DNA from: Bacilli bacterium
Lineage (GTDB): Bacteria; Bacillota_I; Bacilli_A; RF39; UBA660
Direction of reading: 5' to 3'
DNA length: 64,000 nucleotides
Assembly: GCA_017428495.1 (NCBI GenBank)
Contig: JAFRQS010000026.1
Location: forward strand, 8,372-72,371
Below are positions 18,523 to 29,300 of this stretch, in pieces (positions within the stretch are counted from its first letter, which is position 1; each line of letters opens with the position of its first letter). The notes under the pieces were generated by a model, which worked only from the letters and a program-made list of their open reading frames with translations, ran no database searches and was not told the DNA's origin. A program made the translations under genes and the position numbers.

Positions 18523-20391
18523 TTATTCAACTAATTTTCTAATTTTATCCAATATTACTACCATTGCCCATGTATCTTGTTTACAATATTCTAATAATGA
18601 ATGATATTTAAAATCTAATTCTTCTTTTGACATACTACTAAACATCGCATATGTAACAAGAGCTTCTGTACCATTTTTTACATCTAAATCATCATACTTT
18701 AAATCACTAAATACTGGTAATGTCTTTTTAATTGAATAAGAACCAGATAAGTGACTATCATAGAAGTTTACTTTTTTAGCTTCTACTTCATCATAACCAA
18801 TAGATTCATAAAATTTAGGTTGTCCTTTTACTATATATAATAGATCAGATCCAGTAGCATGTATTTTTAATAGTTCTTCTTTATATTGTGGAAATATTTC
18901 ACTTAATTCTTTAATTCTCCCTTTTTCAAATGACACATTTTGAGCAAATAAAGTTCCATCTGGTTTAATATATTCAACTAATTTCTTTACTAATTCTTCT
19001 CTTTCATCTTTAGTTGGATCACTACTCAAAAATTCATAATGATCTAGTTCTTTATCACATACACCTGGTGTTCTTTCAATATGTAATGAAAATTGAAATG
19101 GTGATTGTCTATAACATTTTTCACCTCTAAATCTAGGTAATGGGCATGGGAATGTTTCAAAATCTAAGTGATATATTGGATATTTAATATTATTAAGTGC
19201 TTGTTTTATTTTTTCTTTATTAATATATTGTTTACCAGTTATTAAAGCTTCTCTTTGAATAAAATGATTTTCATTTTTTATCCATGATTCAGGCACATCC
19301 ATCATATTAATATAGCCTTCATTTATTAAATCTAATCCTTTATGTATATCACCATTTTCATCTTTAAATCCAAAACCATTATTCATATAACTTAATGATG
19401 AATTATATTTTGGTATATGCTTCATACATATTTTACAAAATTTACATTTACTTGGTTTTTTATATTCACAATATTTACCCAAATTACATGGGCTTAAATC
19501 CATATCTTTTAAAAAACTATTTATTTCTTTTTTATCAAAATATACTCTTTCTAATGCTTCTTCTGTTAACTTAGTATAATCAAATATATCTATAATGTCA
19601 TCTGTATAACATGCCTTACCATCTTTATAAGTACCATCAAATACATATTTATGATTTAATACTGCAAGATAATAATTAATCTTTTTATTAGTAAAATTAT
19701 GTTGTTTTAAATCACCTTCTATAATCATTCTTTGTACAGATAGATCATATATGTATTTACCACAGGAATCATATTTGTCTAATAATTTATTTCTTTTAGA
19801 TATATACTCTTTCTCAGGCATTTCATCTAACATATTCCAATTTTTATTATCTTCTTTTAAATGAAATATTCCTTTATTATCTTTATAAAATATTGAGAAT
19901 TTATCATGCTTTTCTTTAGCAGTACTTCTATATCCTGCTTCTAAACTCAAATATTTATTACTAGTAGTAGCTTTAACTTCTATTATATTTATTTCATTTT
20001 CTTGTTCATTATATATATCTACATAACAAAGATACTTAATACCATCTTCATCAAAATCAAATGATTCCTGTGTTTTAGTATCTAATGAATATATTGTTTT
20101 ACCACCAAAAATATGCTCCACCTTTTTACCTGCAAGCATTTCTATTTCTTTGTAGTATGGAAGCATTACATTAAGCTGTGGATCTTCTACATCAATATTA
20201 TCAATTTCATTACCATCTTCATCATATGAATACATTTCACCAACTATACTTTTTACTTCTTCCTTTAGTTCTTCATCTTTATATTCATCATAACTCACAT
20301 CTGCATTTAATCTTTCTTTTTTCACTTCATCTAGTGCAACATATCTTCTACACCTAGAATAATTAATAAAATTAGTTTTAGTTACTGCCAT
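18523..20391 (-). CDS. Cas4/RecB-like PD-(D/E)XK nuclease with Cys cluster + C-terminal DUF2779-like (DEDD-like HLDFETF) domain
   Basis: N-terminal Cys, VDIY...IIEVKAT (D...ExK), CNLGKYCEYKKPSKCKFCKIC cluster. C-terminal half has a YHLDFETF exo-I-like motif. Confidence 0.4.
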   Translation of the reverse strand: MAVTKTNFINYSRCRRYVALDEVKKERLNADVSYDEYKDEELKEEVKSIVGEMYSYDEDGNEIDNIDVEDPQLNVMLPYYKEIEMLAGKKVEHIFGGKTIYSLDTKTQESFDFDEDGIKYLCYVDIYNEQENEINIIEVKATTSNKYLSLEAGYRSTAKEKHDKFSIFYKDNKGIFHLKEDNKNWNMLDEMPEKEYISKRNKLLDKYDSCGKYIYDLSVQRMIIEGDLKQHNFTNKKINYYLAVLNHKYVFDGTYKDGKACYTDDIIDIFDYTKLTEEALERVYFDKKEINSFLKDMDLSPCNLGKYCEYKKPSKCKFCKICMKHIPKYNSSLSYMNNGFGFKDENGDIHKGLDLINEGYINMMDVPESWIKNENHFIQREALITGKQYINKEKIKQALNNIKYPIYHLDFETFPCPLPRFRGEKCYRQSPFQFSLHIERTPGVCDKELDHYEFLSSDPTKDEREELVKKLVEYIKPDGTLFAQNVSFEKGRIKELSEIFPQYKEELLKIHATGSDLLYIVKGQPKFYESIGYDEVEAKKVNFYDSHLSGSYSIKKTLPVFSDLKYDDLDVKNGTEALVTYAMFSSMSKEELDFKYHSLLEYCKQDTWAMVVILDKIRKLVE

Positions 20392-20449
20392 ATTATCACC
20401 AGTTTAATTATATCATAATTTATGATATAATGAACATAGGAGGATAGTT

Positions 20450-20704
20450 ATGAATTTTGATCAATTTGGAAAAACTTATGCTGAACTTACTGAAGAAGAA
20501 AGAAAAATAGTTGATGAAAGAATGAAAGAATTAAGAAAACAAGAAGCTGAGCTTGCTGAAGATGAATTAGAAAAAGAAACTGGAGGAACTGAATTTAGAT
20601 TTGGCGAACTAGATAGTAATGCTTTAACTGAACAAGAACTTGAAAACACTCTTGGGGGTGTGCCTTATGATGTCGGTGAAGAACAATTTAAAAAAAGAGT
20701 TTAA
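20450..20704 (+). CDS. small acidic helical protein
   Basis: Strong RBS AGGAGGA 8 nt upstream. 84 aa. Contains LTEQELENTLGG, a double-glycine-like motif. Confidence 0.45.
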   Translation: MNFDQFGKTYAELTEEERKIVDERMKELRKQEAELAEDELEKETGGTEFRFGELDSNALTEQELENTLGGVPYDVGEEQFKKRV

Positions 20705-20712
20705 ACTCTTTT

Positions 20713-23259
20713 TTATTTTGCTTCATACCAGTTATTACCTGAAGATATTTCTACTTCAAGTGGTACATCTAATTTATATGTATTTTCCATTATCTTTTTA
20801 ACTAGTTTTTCTAATTCTTTCTTTTCTTCTTTTACTACATCAAATATAAGTTCATCATGTATTTGAAGAATCATTTTGCTCTTTAGATTTAATTCTTTCA
20901 TTTTGCTATGTAATTCTATCATAGCTTTTTTAATTATGTCTGCACTTGAACCTTGTATTGGTGTATTAAGAGCAATTCTTTCTCCTGATTGTCTTATCAT
21001 ATAATTAGTATTTTTAAGTTCATCAATAGTTCTTTTCCTATTCATTATAGTACTTACATAACCTTTTTCTTTGGCTATTTCTACTGTATTATCCATATAA
21101 TCTTTTACACCAGGAAATGCTTCTAAATATCTTTTTATAAATTCTTGTGCATCTTGTATACTCATATCTAAGTTTTCAGATAGACCAAATCCACTTATAC
21201 CATATAGAATTCCAAAATTAACAGCTTTTGCTTGTCTTCTCATTTCACTATTAACTTCATTTTCATTTACATTAAATATTTCCATAGCTGTTTTTGTATG
21301 TATATCCATACCTTTTTTAAATGCTTCTATAAGTTTTGGTACTTTTGATAGATGTGCAAGTATTCTAAGTTCTATTTGACTATAATCTGAAGATAATATT
21401 AAGTCATTATCTGGTATGAATGCTTTTCTAATTAACTTAGCATATTCATATCTAGTAGGTATATTTTGCAAATTTGGATATGAAGAAGATAGTCTTCCTG
21501 TTCTAGTAAGAGTTTGATTAAATATTGTATGTATCTTACCATCTGCATTTATAAAATCTTCTAATCCCACTATATATGTACCATATATTTTAGATAACAT
21601 TTTATATTCTAATATTTTATTTATTATTGGATATTTATCTTTATATTTTACTAAATGTTCTTTATCAGTAGCTCTCTTCTTATTAGCAGGTACTCCTATT
21701 TTATCAAACAATATATCTCCCAATTGTTTTGGTGAATTAATATTGAATTCTATTCCTGCCATATTATATATATCTTTTGTTAATAACTCTATTTTAATAC
21801 TTATTTCATTTTTCATCTCATCTAGTACTTTTTTATCCACTTTCATACCAGTAAGTTCCATATCTGCAAGTACATAAGATAAAGGCATTTCTATATTATT
21901 AAATAAATCTATACATTCATTTAATTTACCATATAATTCATCTTTTGTTTCATATATAAATTTTGCTTTTTTTACTGCTTCTATTGCTATAGAATTACTA
22001 TCTTTTTCTTTATATAAAGCATCCTCGAATTTAATACCATAATTATAATTATTTGCTAAATATGCAATATCATCTTTTATATTATAATTTAATAAATAAC
22101 CTGCAATCATAGTATCAAAACTATACATAGATGTATTTATATTTAATTTTGTTAAAGATACTAGTACTTTCTTTAAATCATATGTATATTTATTTATTTT
22201 GGTTAAAAAACTAGGATTTAATTTTAATATATCTATAGGTATAAAACCACTTATATCATTATTATATATACCCATACCTATTACATTACCAAAATGATAA
22301 TTAGGATCATCTACTTCTAAATATACTGCTATATCACTAGTAATATTTAATTCATCAATAGATTTAAATATTTTCACTTCTTTTATTTCATCTTTTTCCT
22401 CTACTTTTATATTTTTAATAAATGAATAAAATTCTAACTCTTCATATATTTCTTTTAATCTATTATTTGGTCCTCTATATTTAATATCATCTATTGTTAA
22501 ATTAAGTGGTACTTCTTTAAATATAGTTGCAAGTTGTTTAGACATAAATGCAGAATCTTTACCATCATTTAATTTTTCAAATAATTTACCTTTAACTTTG
22601 TCTAAATTAACATATAAATTTTCTACACTTCCATATTCTTGTAATAATTTTAATGCTGTTTTTTCACCTATACCAGGCACACCTGGTATATTATCAGATG
22701 AATCTCCCATTAATCCTTTTATATCAATCATTTTATTTGGCTCTACTCCATATGTTTCAATAAAAGTATTTCTATCCATCATTATATAATCTTTTGTTTT
22801 TAATAATTTAACTGTAATATTATCATTTATTAATTGTAATAAATCTTTATCACTACTCACTATTAATCCATAATAATTATCATCTTTTTCAACCATTTCA
22901 GAAAAAGTACCAATAATATCATCTGCTTCATAACCATCTATTTCAAACCATTTAATACCCATTTCATCAAGCATTTCTTTTGCAACAGGAAATTGTACCT
23001 TTAAATCTTCTGGCATAGCTATTCTTCCTGCTTTATATTCATGATAATTATCATGCCTAAAAGTTTTACCTTTATCAAATGCTACTATAACATATTTTGG
23101 TTTTTCCTCATTTACTATTTTATTAATCATATTAGTAAAACCATATAATGCATTTGTAGGAAATCCTTTAGAATTTTTCATCATACTACCTGAATATGCA
23201 GTAGCATAATAACTTCTAAACATTAAATTATTACCATCGATCATTACTACTTTTTCCAT
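20713..23259 (-). CDS. polA: DNA polymerase I
   Basis: 5'-3' exonuclease N-terminus, RRQAKAVNFGILYGISGFGLS and QIHDELIFD polymerase motifs. Start set at MEKVVMIDG with AGGTGG RBS. Confidence 0.9.
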   Translation of the reverse strand: MEKVVMIDGNNLMFRSYYATAYSGSMMKNSKGFPTNALYGFTNMINKIVNEEKPKYVIVAFDKGKTFRHDNYHEYKAGRIAMPEDLKVQFPVAKEMLDEMGIKWFEIDGYEADDIIGTFSEMVEKDDNYYGLIVSSDKDLLQLINDNITVKLLKTKDYIMMDRNTFIETYGVEPNKMIDIKGLMGDSSDNIPGVPGIGEKTALKLLQEYGSVENLYVNLDKVKGKLFEKLNDGKDSAFMSKQLATIFKEVPLNLTIDDIKYRGPNNRLKEIYEELEFYSFIKNIKVEEKDEIKEVKIFKSIDELNITSDIAVYLEVDDPNYHFGNVIGMGIYNNDISGFIPIDILKLNPSFLTKINKYTYDLKKVLVSLTKLNINTSMYSFDTMIAGYLLNYNIKDDIAYLANNYNYGIKFEDALYKEKDSNSIAIEAVKKAKFIYETKDELYGKLNECIDLFNNIEMPLSYVLADMELTGMKVDKKVLDEMKNEISIKIELLTKDIYNMAGIEFNINSPKQLGDILFDKIGVPANKKRATDKEHLVKYKDKYPIINKILEYKMLSKIYGTYIVGLEDFINADGKIHTIFNQTLTRTGRLSSSYPNLQNIPTRYEYAKLIRKAFIPDNDLILSSDYSQIELRILAHLSKVPKLIEAFKKGMDIHTKTAMEIFNVNENEVNSEMRRQAKAVNFGILYGISGFGLSENLDMSIQDAQEFIKRYLEAFPGVKDYMDNTVEIAKEKGYVSTIMNRKRTIDELKNTNYMIRQSGERIALNTPIQGSSADIIKKAMIELHSKMKELNLKSKMILQIHDELIFDVVKEEKKELEKLVKKIMENTYKLDVPLEVEISSGNNWYEAK

Positions 23260-23324
23260 AATACCACCTATAATTATTATACCAAAAAAATACAAATAGA
23301 TATACCTATTTGTATTTTTATTTA

Positions 23325-25916
23325 TTACATTATAAATGTCATTTCTTTGCCAGTTTTACCCTCATATGCATCTTTCATTCTTCCCATTATACTTGTTAAT
23401 ATATCTCCATAGTTATTACCACCATTATATCCAGTATATCCAAATTTTTGAGTAGTATCACCATTATATTGTCCTACATAAAATTCTTTTATCCATCTTG
23501 CTGCTTTCATTATACCTTCTTCAACAGAACCTGCATAATCTCTTGTTACTTTACCAAAGTATTGTACACCATTTTGATATTTCATACCAAAGAAATTATT
23601 TCTTGTTAGAGCTAAATTTGAAGTTCCTAATCCAGATTCCTGCCTTGCTAACGCTAATAAGAATAATGGATCCAATCCTGTTTCTTCAGCCGCTTTTACC
23701 CAATATTCTCCACTTCCAACTAAAATAGACTTTTTGCCTCTTACTTCTGAATCAATTATCATGTTAATATCTTCAGCTGTTAAATTTGCCCTTGCATATA
23801 CACTTTTATTTCTCAAATCATTTATAACATATGTCTGTACTTCTTGAACTGTAGTTTGTTCAGATGATGCACTTGGTGTTTTCTCCTCTATCTCTGCTTT
23901 TTCTTCTTGTGGTGATTCAGTTTTTTTTTCAGGTTCTTTAACTGTATCCTCACCTTTTTGATTAACATCCTTTACTTCTTCTACTTTTTCTTCTAAAGGC
24001 TTTTCAGTTGGTGTAGTTTCTTTTTGTGGAATAGATTCTTGTGAACTATTTGTAGGTTCTACATTATTAGTTGAAGGGCTTGATAATGAACCTACATTTG
24101 CATTTAAAGTTGTAGCTTGTGCTGTTCCACTATTTGATGATAATTGTACAGGCGTTTCAGTAGATTGTATCGCACTATTTGATTCTAGTGTTACGCTATT
24201 TGATAAATTAACTGCAACCGGATTTCCACCAGTAACTCTATTATCATATGTACTTCTATTATATACATTACCATAATCACTTACTTGATACCCTTGCCAA
24301 CTTGTAATAGTAGGTGCTCTAAATTCTGTATAATCCAACTGATTTCTAATTCCACCATATATGGCATCTCTTGTTGCTTTTATTGCTACACTAAGTTTTT
24401 CTTGCTCTGCTTGTGTCAAGTCTGTTCTATTATAATATCTTAAAAAAGATCTCCCACCATAAACTGAAAATTGTCCTGGTGCTCTTATTTGATCAACCGG
24501 ATTTGTACCATGACTTTTTATCCAGTTACCATTTTCACATCTATTTAATATTGTAGATGCTATTGCAAGACCATCATCATAAGTCCATAAATGATTTCCT
24601 GCCATCTCTGCACACACTACTGCTGTTATTTCTCTTACCTGCTCTTCTGTCAAATATTCATACGTTAGATTACCTTTTGTTACTTTAAATCCAGGTTTAT
24701 TATGATATACTGATAAATCTGTTGTATATGGTCCTTTTGAAATAACAGTAGAATTATTTGAAGAATTATCTATTGCTGTATCATCAACTGTTGCTTCTAA
24801 TGTCATAGCAGTTGCCGTCCCAGGTACTAATTGTACATACCATGAATTTTTTACTTCTTTATTTCCATTCTCCATCATCGATGTTGAAACGACTGTGCTT
24901 CTATCTACTTTCTGTACTCCACTAACAAGAGTATTTAATTTTTGACCTCTTTTTATATTTAATATATCATGAATTAATGCTGAATTTATCATTTCTGTGT
25001 CATCTGAATGCGTTGCATCTACAACTTGATATATCATTGCTTGTACACCATTTGCTACCATTACATTGTATGCATTTAGTGCTTCATTACTACCTTGATC
25101 ATATGTACCATTTATAAATATAAATGTTGTTGATGAGTCTTTAGGAATATTATCTGTACGTGCTCCTCCAAAAGATGTTACCGTTGCAAAATAATCCGGA
25201 TATGTATATGCATATCTATCTACTCCGTATGCTCCATTACTATATCCATATAAATTTATTCTATCTCTATCTAATTTTAACTTATCTACTAATTCTTCAC
25301 ATGATACCATAGTATTATATACTTTATTACTATCTCCACCAGCTAAATTAAGCATCTTATCATAATACTTATTACCAGGATTAGGTGTTGCAGTATCCCA
25401 ACTCCATGGATGGGATGATATTGGTACCCATACTACTGAATCAAATGCACAACCATTTTCTATCAAATATGGCAAACCTGTTGTTTTCATCTTGTTAGCA
25501 TTACCTAATTCTCCTGCACCTGCTAACCATACAAGTAGTGGTAATCCTGCTGTTGATGAATATCCTTTTGGTACATATAAAAAACCTTGTTGTCCATTTT
25601 CTAATGTTATTAATTCTGCATATTTTGAATTTATTAATGCATTTATTATCTTTTCATTAGCAATATAATCATCAAATTGCTTTTGTATATCCTCTAATGT
25701 ACCTGATAAATCTGTTAACTTTGTATTTATTCCATTTATTAAGCTTTGTGCTGTATTTATTCCACTACTACTAAAACCACTTGGTACAGAATTCACTATT
25801 CCATCCATTCCACTTTTTAATTCAGAAGCGTTTGTATTTACCTTTTTGGCATTTAATACAGCCTCACTCATCTTATCTGGATCATATGTAATTGTTCCAC
25901 TTCTATATATTCCCAT
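23325..25916 (-). CDS. multidomain protein: N-terminal helical domain + esterase/alpha-beta hydrolase + Ser/Thr/Pro-rich linker + C-terminal glucosaminidase (peptidoglycan hydrolase); no signal peptide
   Basis: GYSNGAY esterase nucleophile elbow. C-terminal ILVGSGEYWVKAAEETGLDPLFLLALARQESGLG glucosaminidase motif. Start MGIYRSG with AGGTG RBS. No hydrophobic N-terminal segment. Confidence 0.6.
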   Translation of the reverse strand: MGIYRSGTITYDPDKMSEAVLNAKKVNTNASELKSGMDGIVNSVPSGFSSSGINTAQSLINGINTKLTDLSGTLEDIQKQFDDYIANEKIINALINSKYAELITLENGQQGFLYVPKGYSSTAGLPLLVWLAGAGELGNANKMKTTGLPYLIENGCAFDSVVWVPISSHPWSWDTATPNPGNKYYDKMLNLAGGDSNKVYNTMVSCEELVDKLKLDRDRINLYGYSNGAYGVDRYAYTYPDYFATVTSFGGARTDNIPKDSSTTFIFINGTYDQGSNEALNAYNVMVANGVQAMIYQVVDATHSDDTEMINSALIHDILNIKRGQKLNTLVSGVQKVDRSTVVSTSMMENGNKEVKNSWYVQLVPGTATAMTLEATVDDTAIDNSSNNSTVISKGPYTTDLSVYHNKPGFKVTKGNLTYEYLTEEQVREITAVVCAEMAGNHLWTYDDGLAIASTILNRCENGNWIKSHGTNPVDQIRAPGQFSVYGGRSFLRYYNRTDLTQAEQEKLSVAIKATRDAIYGGIRNQLDYTEFRAPTITSWQGYQVSDYGNVYNRSTYDNRVTGGNPVAVNLSNSVTLESNSAIQSTETPVQLSSNSGTAQATTLNANVGSLSSPSTNNVEPTNSSQESIPQKETTPTEKPLEEKVEEVKDVNQKGEDTVKEPEKKTESPQEEKAEIEEKTPSASSEQTTVQEVQTYVINDLRNKSVYARANLTAEDINMIIDSEVRGKKSILVGSGEYWVKAAEETGLDPLFLLALARQESGLGTSNLALTRNNFFGMKYQNGVQYFGKVTRDYAGSVEEGIMKAARWIKEFYVGQYNGDTTQKFGYTGYNGGNNYGDILTSIMGRMKDAYEGKTGKEMTFIM

Positions 25917-25999
25917 AATACACCTCATATACTATATCAATTATAACACATTATTACAAAAATATAAAAAAAAAACCGCCAAGGGTTGTTTTTTTTAAA

Positions 26000-26092
26000 T
26001 GGCGGAGCAGGAGAGATTTGAACTCTCGCACCAGTTAACCCAGTCTACACCCTTAGCAGGGGCGCCTCTTCAGCCTCTTGAGTACTGCTCCA
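26000..26092 (-). tRNA. tRNA-Ser (anticodon GCT)
   Basis: Cloverleaf on minus strand: acceptor GGAGCAG/CTGCTCC, anticodon loop CTGCTAA, long variable arm, T-loop GAGAGTTCAAATCTCTC, CCA end. Confidence 0.8.
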
Positions 26093-26204
26093 CAACAAAT
26101 ACAATTATAAATTATTTTTAATAATTTGTAAAGAATATTATTTAATTTTAATTTATACTCATTTTTAATAAAAAAAATATCATAATGATATTTTTCTTTT
26201 TATG

Positions 26205-28760
26205 CTATACTCCTCCTTTAATCCCTTTTGCCCTAAGTATGAGTTTTCTAATATTATCAATAGGTACTACAGTAAAAGATAATGCTATTGTTATTAATAA
26301 CTCATTTAATCTTAAACCTGTTGTCCTAAAAACATTTCCACCATAATAAATCATTATTATCTGCATTATTACAATAAAAGATATAATTAATATGAACACT
26401 TTATTTTTTCTTAAGTTAGATAATAAATTTAATCTATGAGTTCTTGCATTAAATGCATTAAATACATCTATAAATATCAATAATGCAAAAAACGCTGTTA
26501 AAAAGTAATTTGTATTATTTCTATAAAAAGCATGAAATATTGGTAATTTTAAAAATAATATGCACAGTATAGATGAATATATTCCAGTAAATAATATTTC
26601 ATTAATCATATACTTATTTATAATTCTTTCATTCTTCTTTTTAGGTGATTCATACATATATTCAAGTAGTGCTGGTTCAAATGAAAATGCAAGACCTGCA
26701 AGTGTATCCATAACCATATTTATCCATAACATTTGAATAACTGTTACTGGTGTATTTACCCCTATAAATGGTCCAATTATTGATAGAGATAATGCACATA
26801 AATTAGATGTAAGTTGTAATATTATAAATTTTCTTATACTTTTAAATATTGTTCTGCCATATAAAATAGCTTTAGAAATAGACATAAAATTATCATCTAA
26901 TATTACTATATCACTTGCTTCTTTTGCTATTTCTGTTCCAGACCCCATAGAAAACCCTACATCAGCTATTTTAAGTGCAGGTGCATCATTTACCCCATCC
27001 CCTGTCATACCTACTACAAATCCAGCTTCTTGAGCTATTTTAACTAATCTACTTTTATCTTGTGGCAAACTTCTCGCTACTATTTTTAATTTAGGCAATA
27101 TGTTTATTATTTCATTTGTATTCATATTTGATAATTCTTCACTAGTAAGTACTGCATCACCATTATTTATTAATCCAAGTTCATTTCCTATTGCATATGC
27201 AGTATCTTTATTATCACCTGTAATCATAATTGTGTGTATTCCTGCATTTTTTACTAATTTTATACCTTCTATTGCTTCTTCTCTTATCTCATCTTTTATA
27301 TATACAAATCCAAGCAATATATATATATCACTTTTATAAGCTACTGCAAAACATAGTACTCTAATACCTTTTTTAGATATTTCATTAATCTTATTCATTA
27401 TTTTATTTTTATCTACTAAAAATCTTTTATTCATAGAATCATCATAATAATATTTACATAATGGTAATATTTTTTCAGTAGCACCTTTAATAAGATTATA
27501 TCCACTTTCCAATTCTACTTTTGAATATTTATTCTTACTATCAAATGGTACTCTTTTTTTTACTATATCACTATTATCATTACTATTTATAAACTTTAAC
27601 AATGCTCTATCTGTTATATTACCACCTATTATATTATTATCTGAATATACACCTTCATTATTAAGTACAAATGACTTTTTTACTAAACTATATAACTTAG
27701 TATTTTTTTCTAACTCATATATATTATCATATGACTTTAGTGTAGCACTTACAAATCTAATAACCTCTAATTTACCTTTAGTTAAAGTACCTGTTTTATC
27801 TGTAAATAGCATGTTCAAACTTCCAGATGTTTCTATACCCATCATTCTTCTTACTAACACATTATTTTTAAGCATTCTTTTCATATTAGAAGATAATACT
27901 AAAGTAATCATCATAGGTAGACCTTCTGGCACTGCTACCACTATTATTGTTACAGCAAGTGTAAGTGCATAAAGTATATGACCACTTATAACTCTCACAT
28001 CTTTAATTGTAGTTATTATTAAATTAATATCAAAATTATTATTTATAACTATTACTGAAAATAAATAAGATATAAAAACAAAGAAAGCACCTATATAACC
28101 TATTTTACTAATTACTTTTGCTAAATCTCTAAGTCTTATTTTTAATGGACTCTCTGGTTCCTTTTCTTGTATTTCAAGAGCCAATTTTCCATAAAATGTA
28201 TTTATTCCTACTTTTTTTACCACCATTGTACCAATTCCACTTGATACAATGGTACCTCTATATAATTCATCATTAATATTTTTATATTTTTCTTTTGATT
28301 CACCATTTAAAGTACTTTCATCTACACTTAATTTACCTTCAATAAGTATTCCATCTGCTGGTATTTTATCACCCGCTGATAAAATTATAATATCACCTAC
28401 TACTACATCATCTACATTTATCTCAATGGTCTTATTATCTCTTTTTACTTTACACCTAATTCTAGATGATTCTTCTTGCAATCTTTTAAATGCTTTTTCA
28501 CTACCATATTCTGATATGGTAGATATAAAAGACGCTAAAAAAATTGCTATAACTATGCCAATTGTTTCATACCAATCAAATGACTTTATTAGAAATACTA
28601 TTTTTATAGCTAGTGCTATAAGTAATATCTTAATAATAGGATCTCCTAAAGACTCTAATAATAATTTAAAAAAACTATTACTAACTCTCTTCTCTAATTT
28701 ATTTGTACCATATTTATTTCTACTATCTATTACTTCTTTAGTACTAAGTCCATTATTCAT
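26205..28760 (-). CDS. P-type ATPase, Ca2+-transporting type (P2)
   Basis: DKTGTLT phosphorylation motif, TGDN, GDGVNDAPALK. About 10 TM segments. 851 aa. Confidence 0.85.
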   Translation of the reverse strand: MNNGLSTKEVIDSRNKYGTNKLEKRVSNSFFKLLLESLGDPIIKILLIALAIKIVFLIKSFDWYETIGIVIAIFLASFISTISEYGSEKAFKRLQEESSRIRCKVKRDNKTIEINVDDVVVGDIIILSAGDKIPADGILIEGKLSVDESTLNGESKEKYKNINDELYRGTIVSSGIGTMVVKKVGINTFYGKLALEIQEKEPESPLKIRLRDLAKVISKIGYIGAFFVFISYLFSVIVINNNFDINLIITTIKDVRVISGHILYALTLAVTIIVVAVPEGLPMMITLVLSSNMKRMLKNNVLVRRMMGIETSGSLNMLFTDKTGTLTKGKLEVIRFVSATLKSYDNIYELEKNTKLYSLVKKSFVLNNEGVYSDNNIIGGNITDRALLKFINSNDNSDIVKKRVPFDSKNKYSKVELESGYNLIKGATEKILPLCKYYYDDSMNKRFLVDKNKIMNKINEISKKGIRVLCFAVAYKSDIYILLGFVYIKDEIREEAIEGIKLVKNAGIHTIMITGDNKDTAYAIGNELGLINNGDAVLTSEELSNMNTNEIINILPKLKIVARSLPQDKSRLVKIAQEAGFVVGMTGDGVNDAPALKIADVGFSMGSGTEIAKEASDIVILDDNFMSISKAILYGRTIFKSIRKFIILQLTSNLCALSLSIIGPFIGVNTPVTVIQMLWINMVMDTLAGLAFSFEPALLEYMYESPKKKNERIINKYMINEILFTGIYSSILCILFLKLPIFHAFYRNNTNYFLTAFFALLIFIDVFNAFNARTHRLNLLSNLRKNKVFILIISFIVIMQIIMIYYGGNVFRTTGLRLNELLITIALSFTVVPIDNIRKLILRAKGIKGGV

Positions 28761-28848
28761 AGTTCCTCCTAAATAAATATATTAAGAGAAACTATTTTTT
28801 AGAATAAAAAAAGAATCTACTAAAATGTCTATTTTTAGTAGATTTTCT

Positions 28849-29298
28849 TTATTTAATTTTTTCATTATAAATAATCTTTTCTTTTAATTGTTCTTTTCTT
28901 TCCTGATGAAGCAATCTTATATCTCTTAGCCTATTTACATATTTGTTTTCCACTTCATCAAACATCCATATAGCAGTCAAATCTTCAATTGGTATTGCAC
29001 CTATTTGACCATCCAAAACTTTATCAGCTGGCGCTTCAATTACTGGCTTTTTACTAATATAATGTAATTTGTCATTACCACTTGCCCAATAAATAATATC
29101 ACCAACTCTATCCCTTCTTGCACCATGCCCTTTAGGTCTTACATATCCACACTCTATAATATCCTGTATTTGATTTACACCAGTAACTCTATAAACTGAT
29201 GATTCACTAGTATGTAATGCTATTGGATTGTCCTTACCTGGTCCAAATCCAGGACCAACGCTATTTCTTGCAACTTTTATTCTATTATCTTCTTCCAT
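28849..29298 (-). CDS. hypothetical protein
   Basis: 149-aa ORF with no recognisable motif. Confidence 0.35.
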   Translation of the reverse strand: MEEDNRIKVARNSVGPGFGPGKDNPIALHTSESSVYRVTGVNQIQDIIECGYVRPKGHGARRDRVGDIIYWASGNDKLHYISKKPVIEAPADKVLDGQIGAIPIEDLTAIWMFDEVENKYVNRLRDIRLLHQERKEQLKEKIIYNEKIK

Positions 29299-29300
29299 AT

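Noticed and set aside
27100-28776. 79-aa and 175-aa plus-strand ORFs inside the P-type ATPase gene
   Set aside because: Antisense to a gene with clear P-type ATPase motifs. Ser/Ile/Leu-rich artefactual translation.
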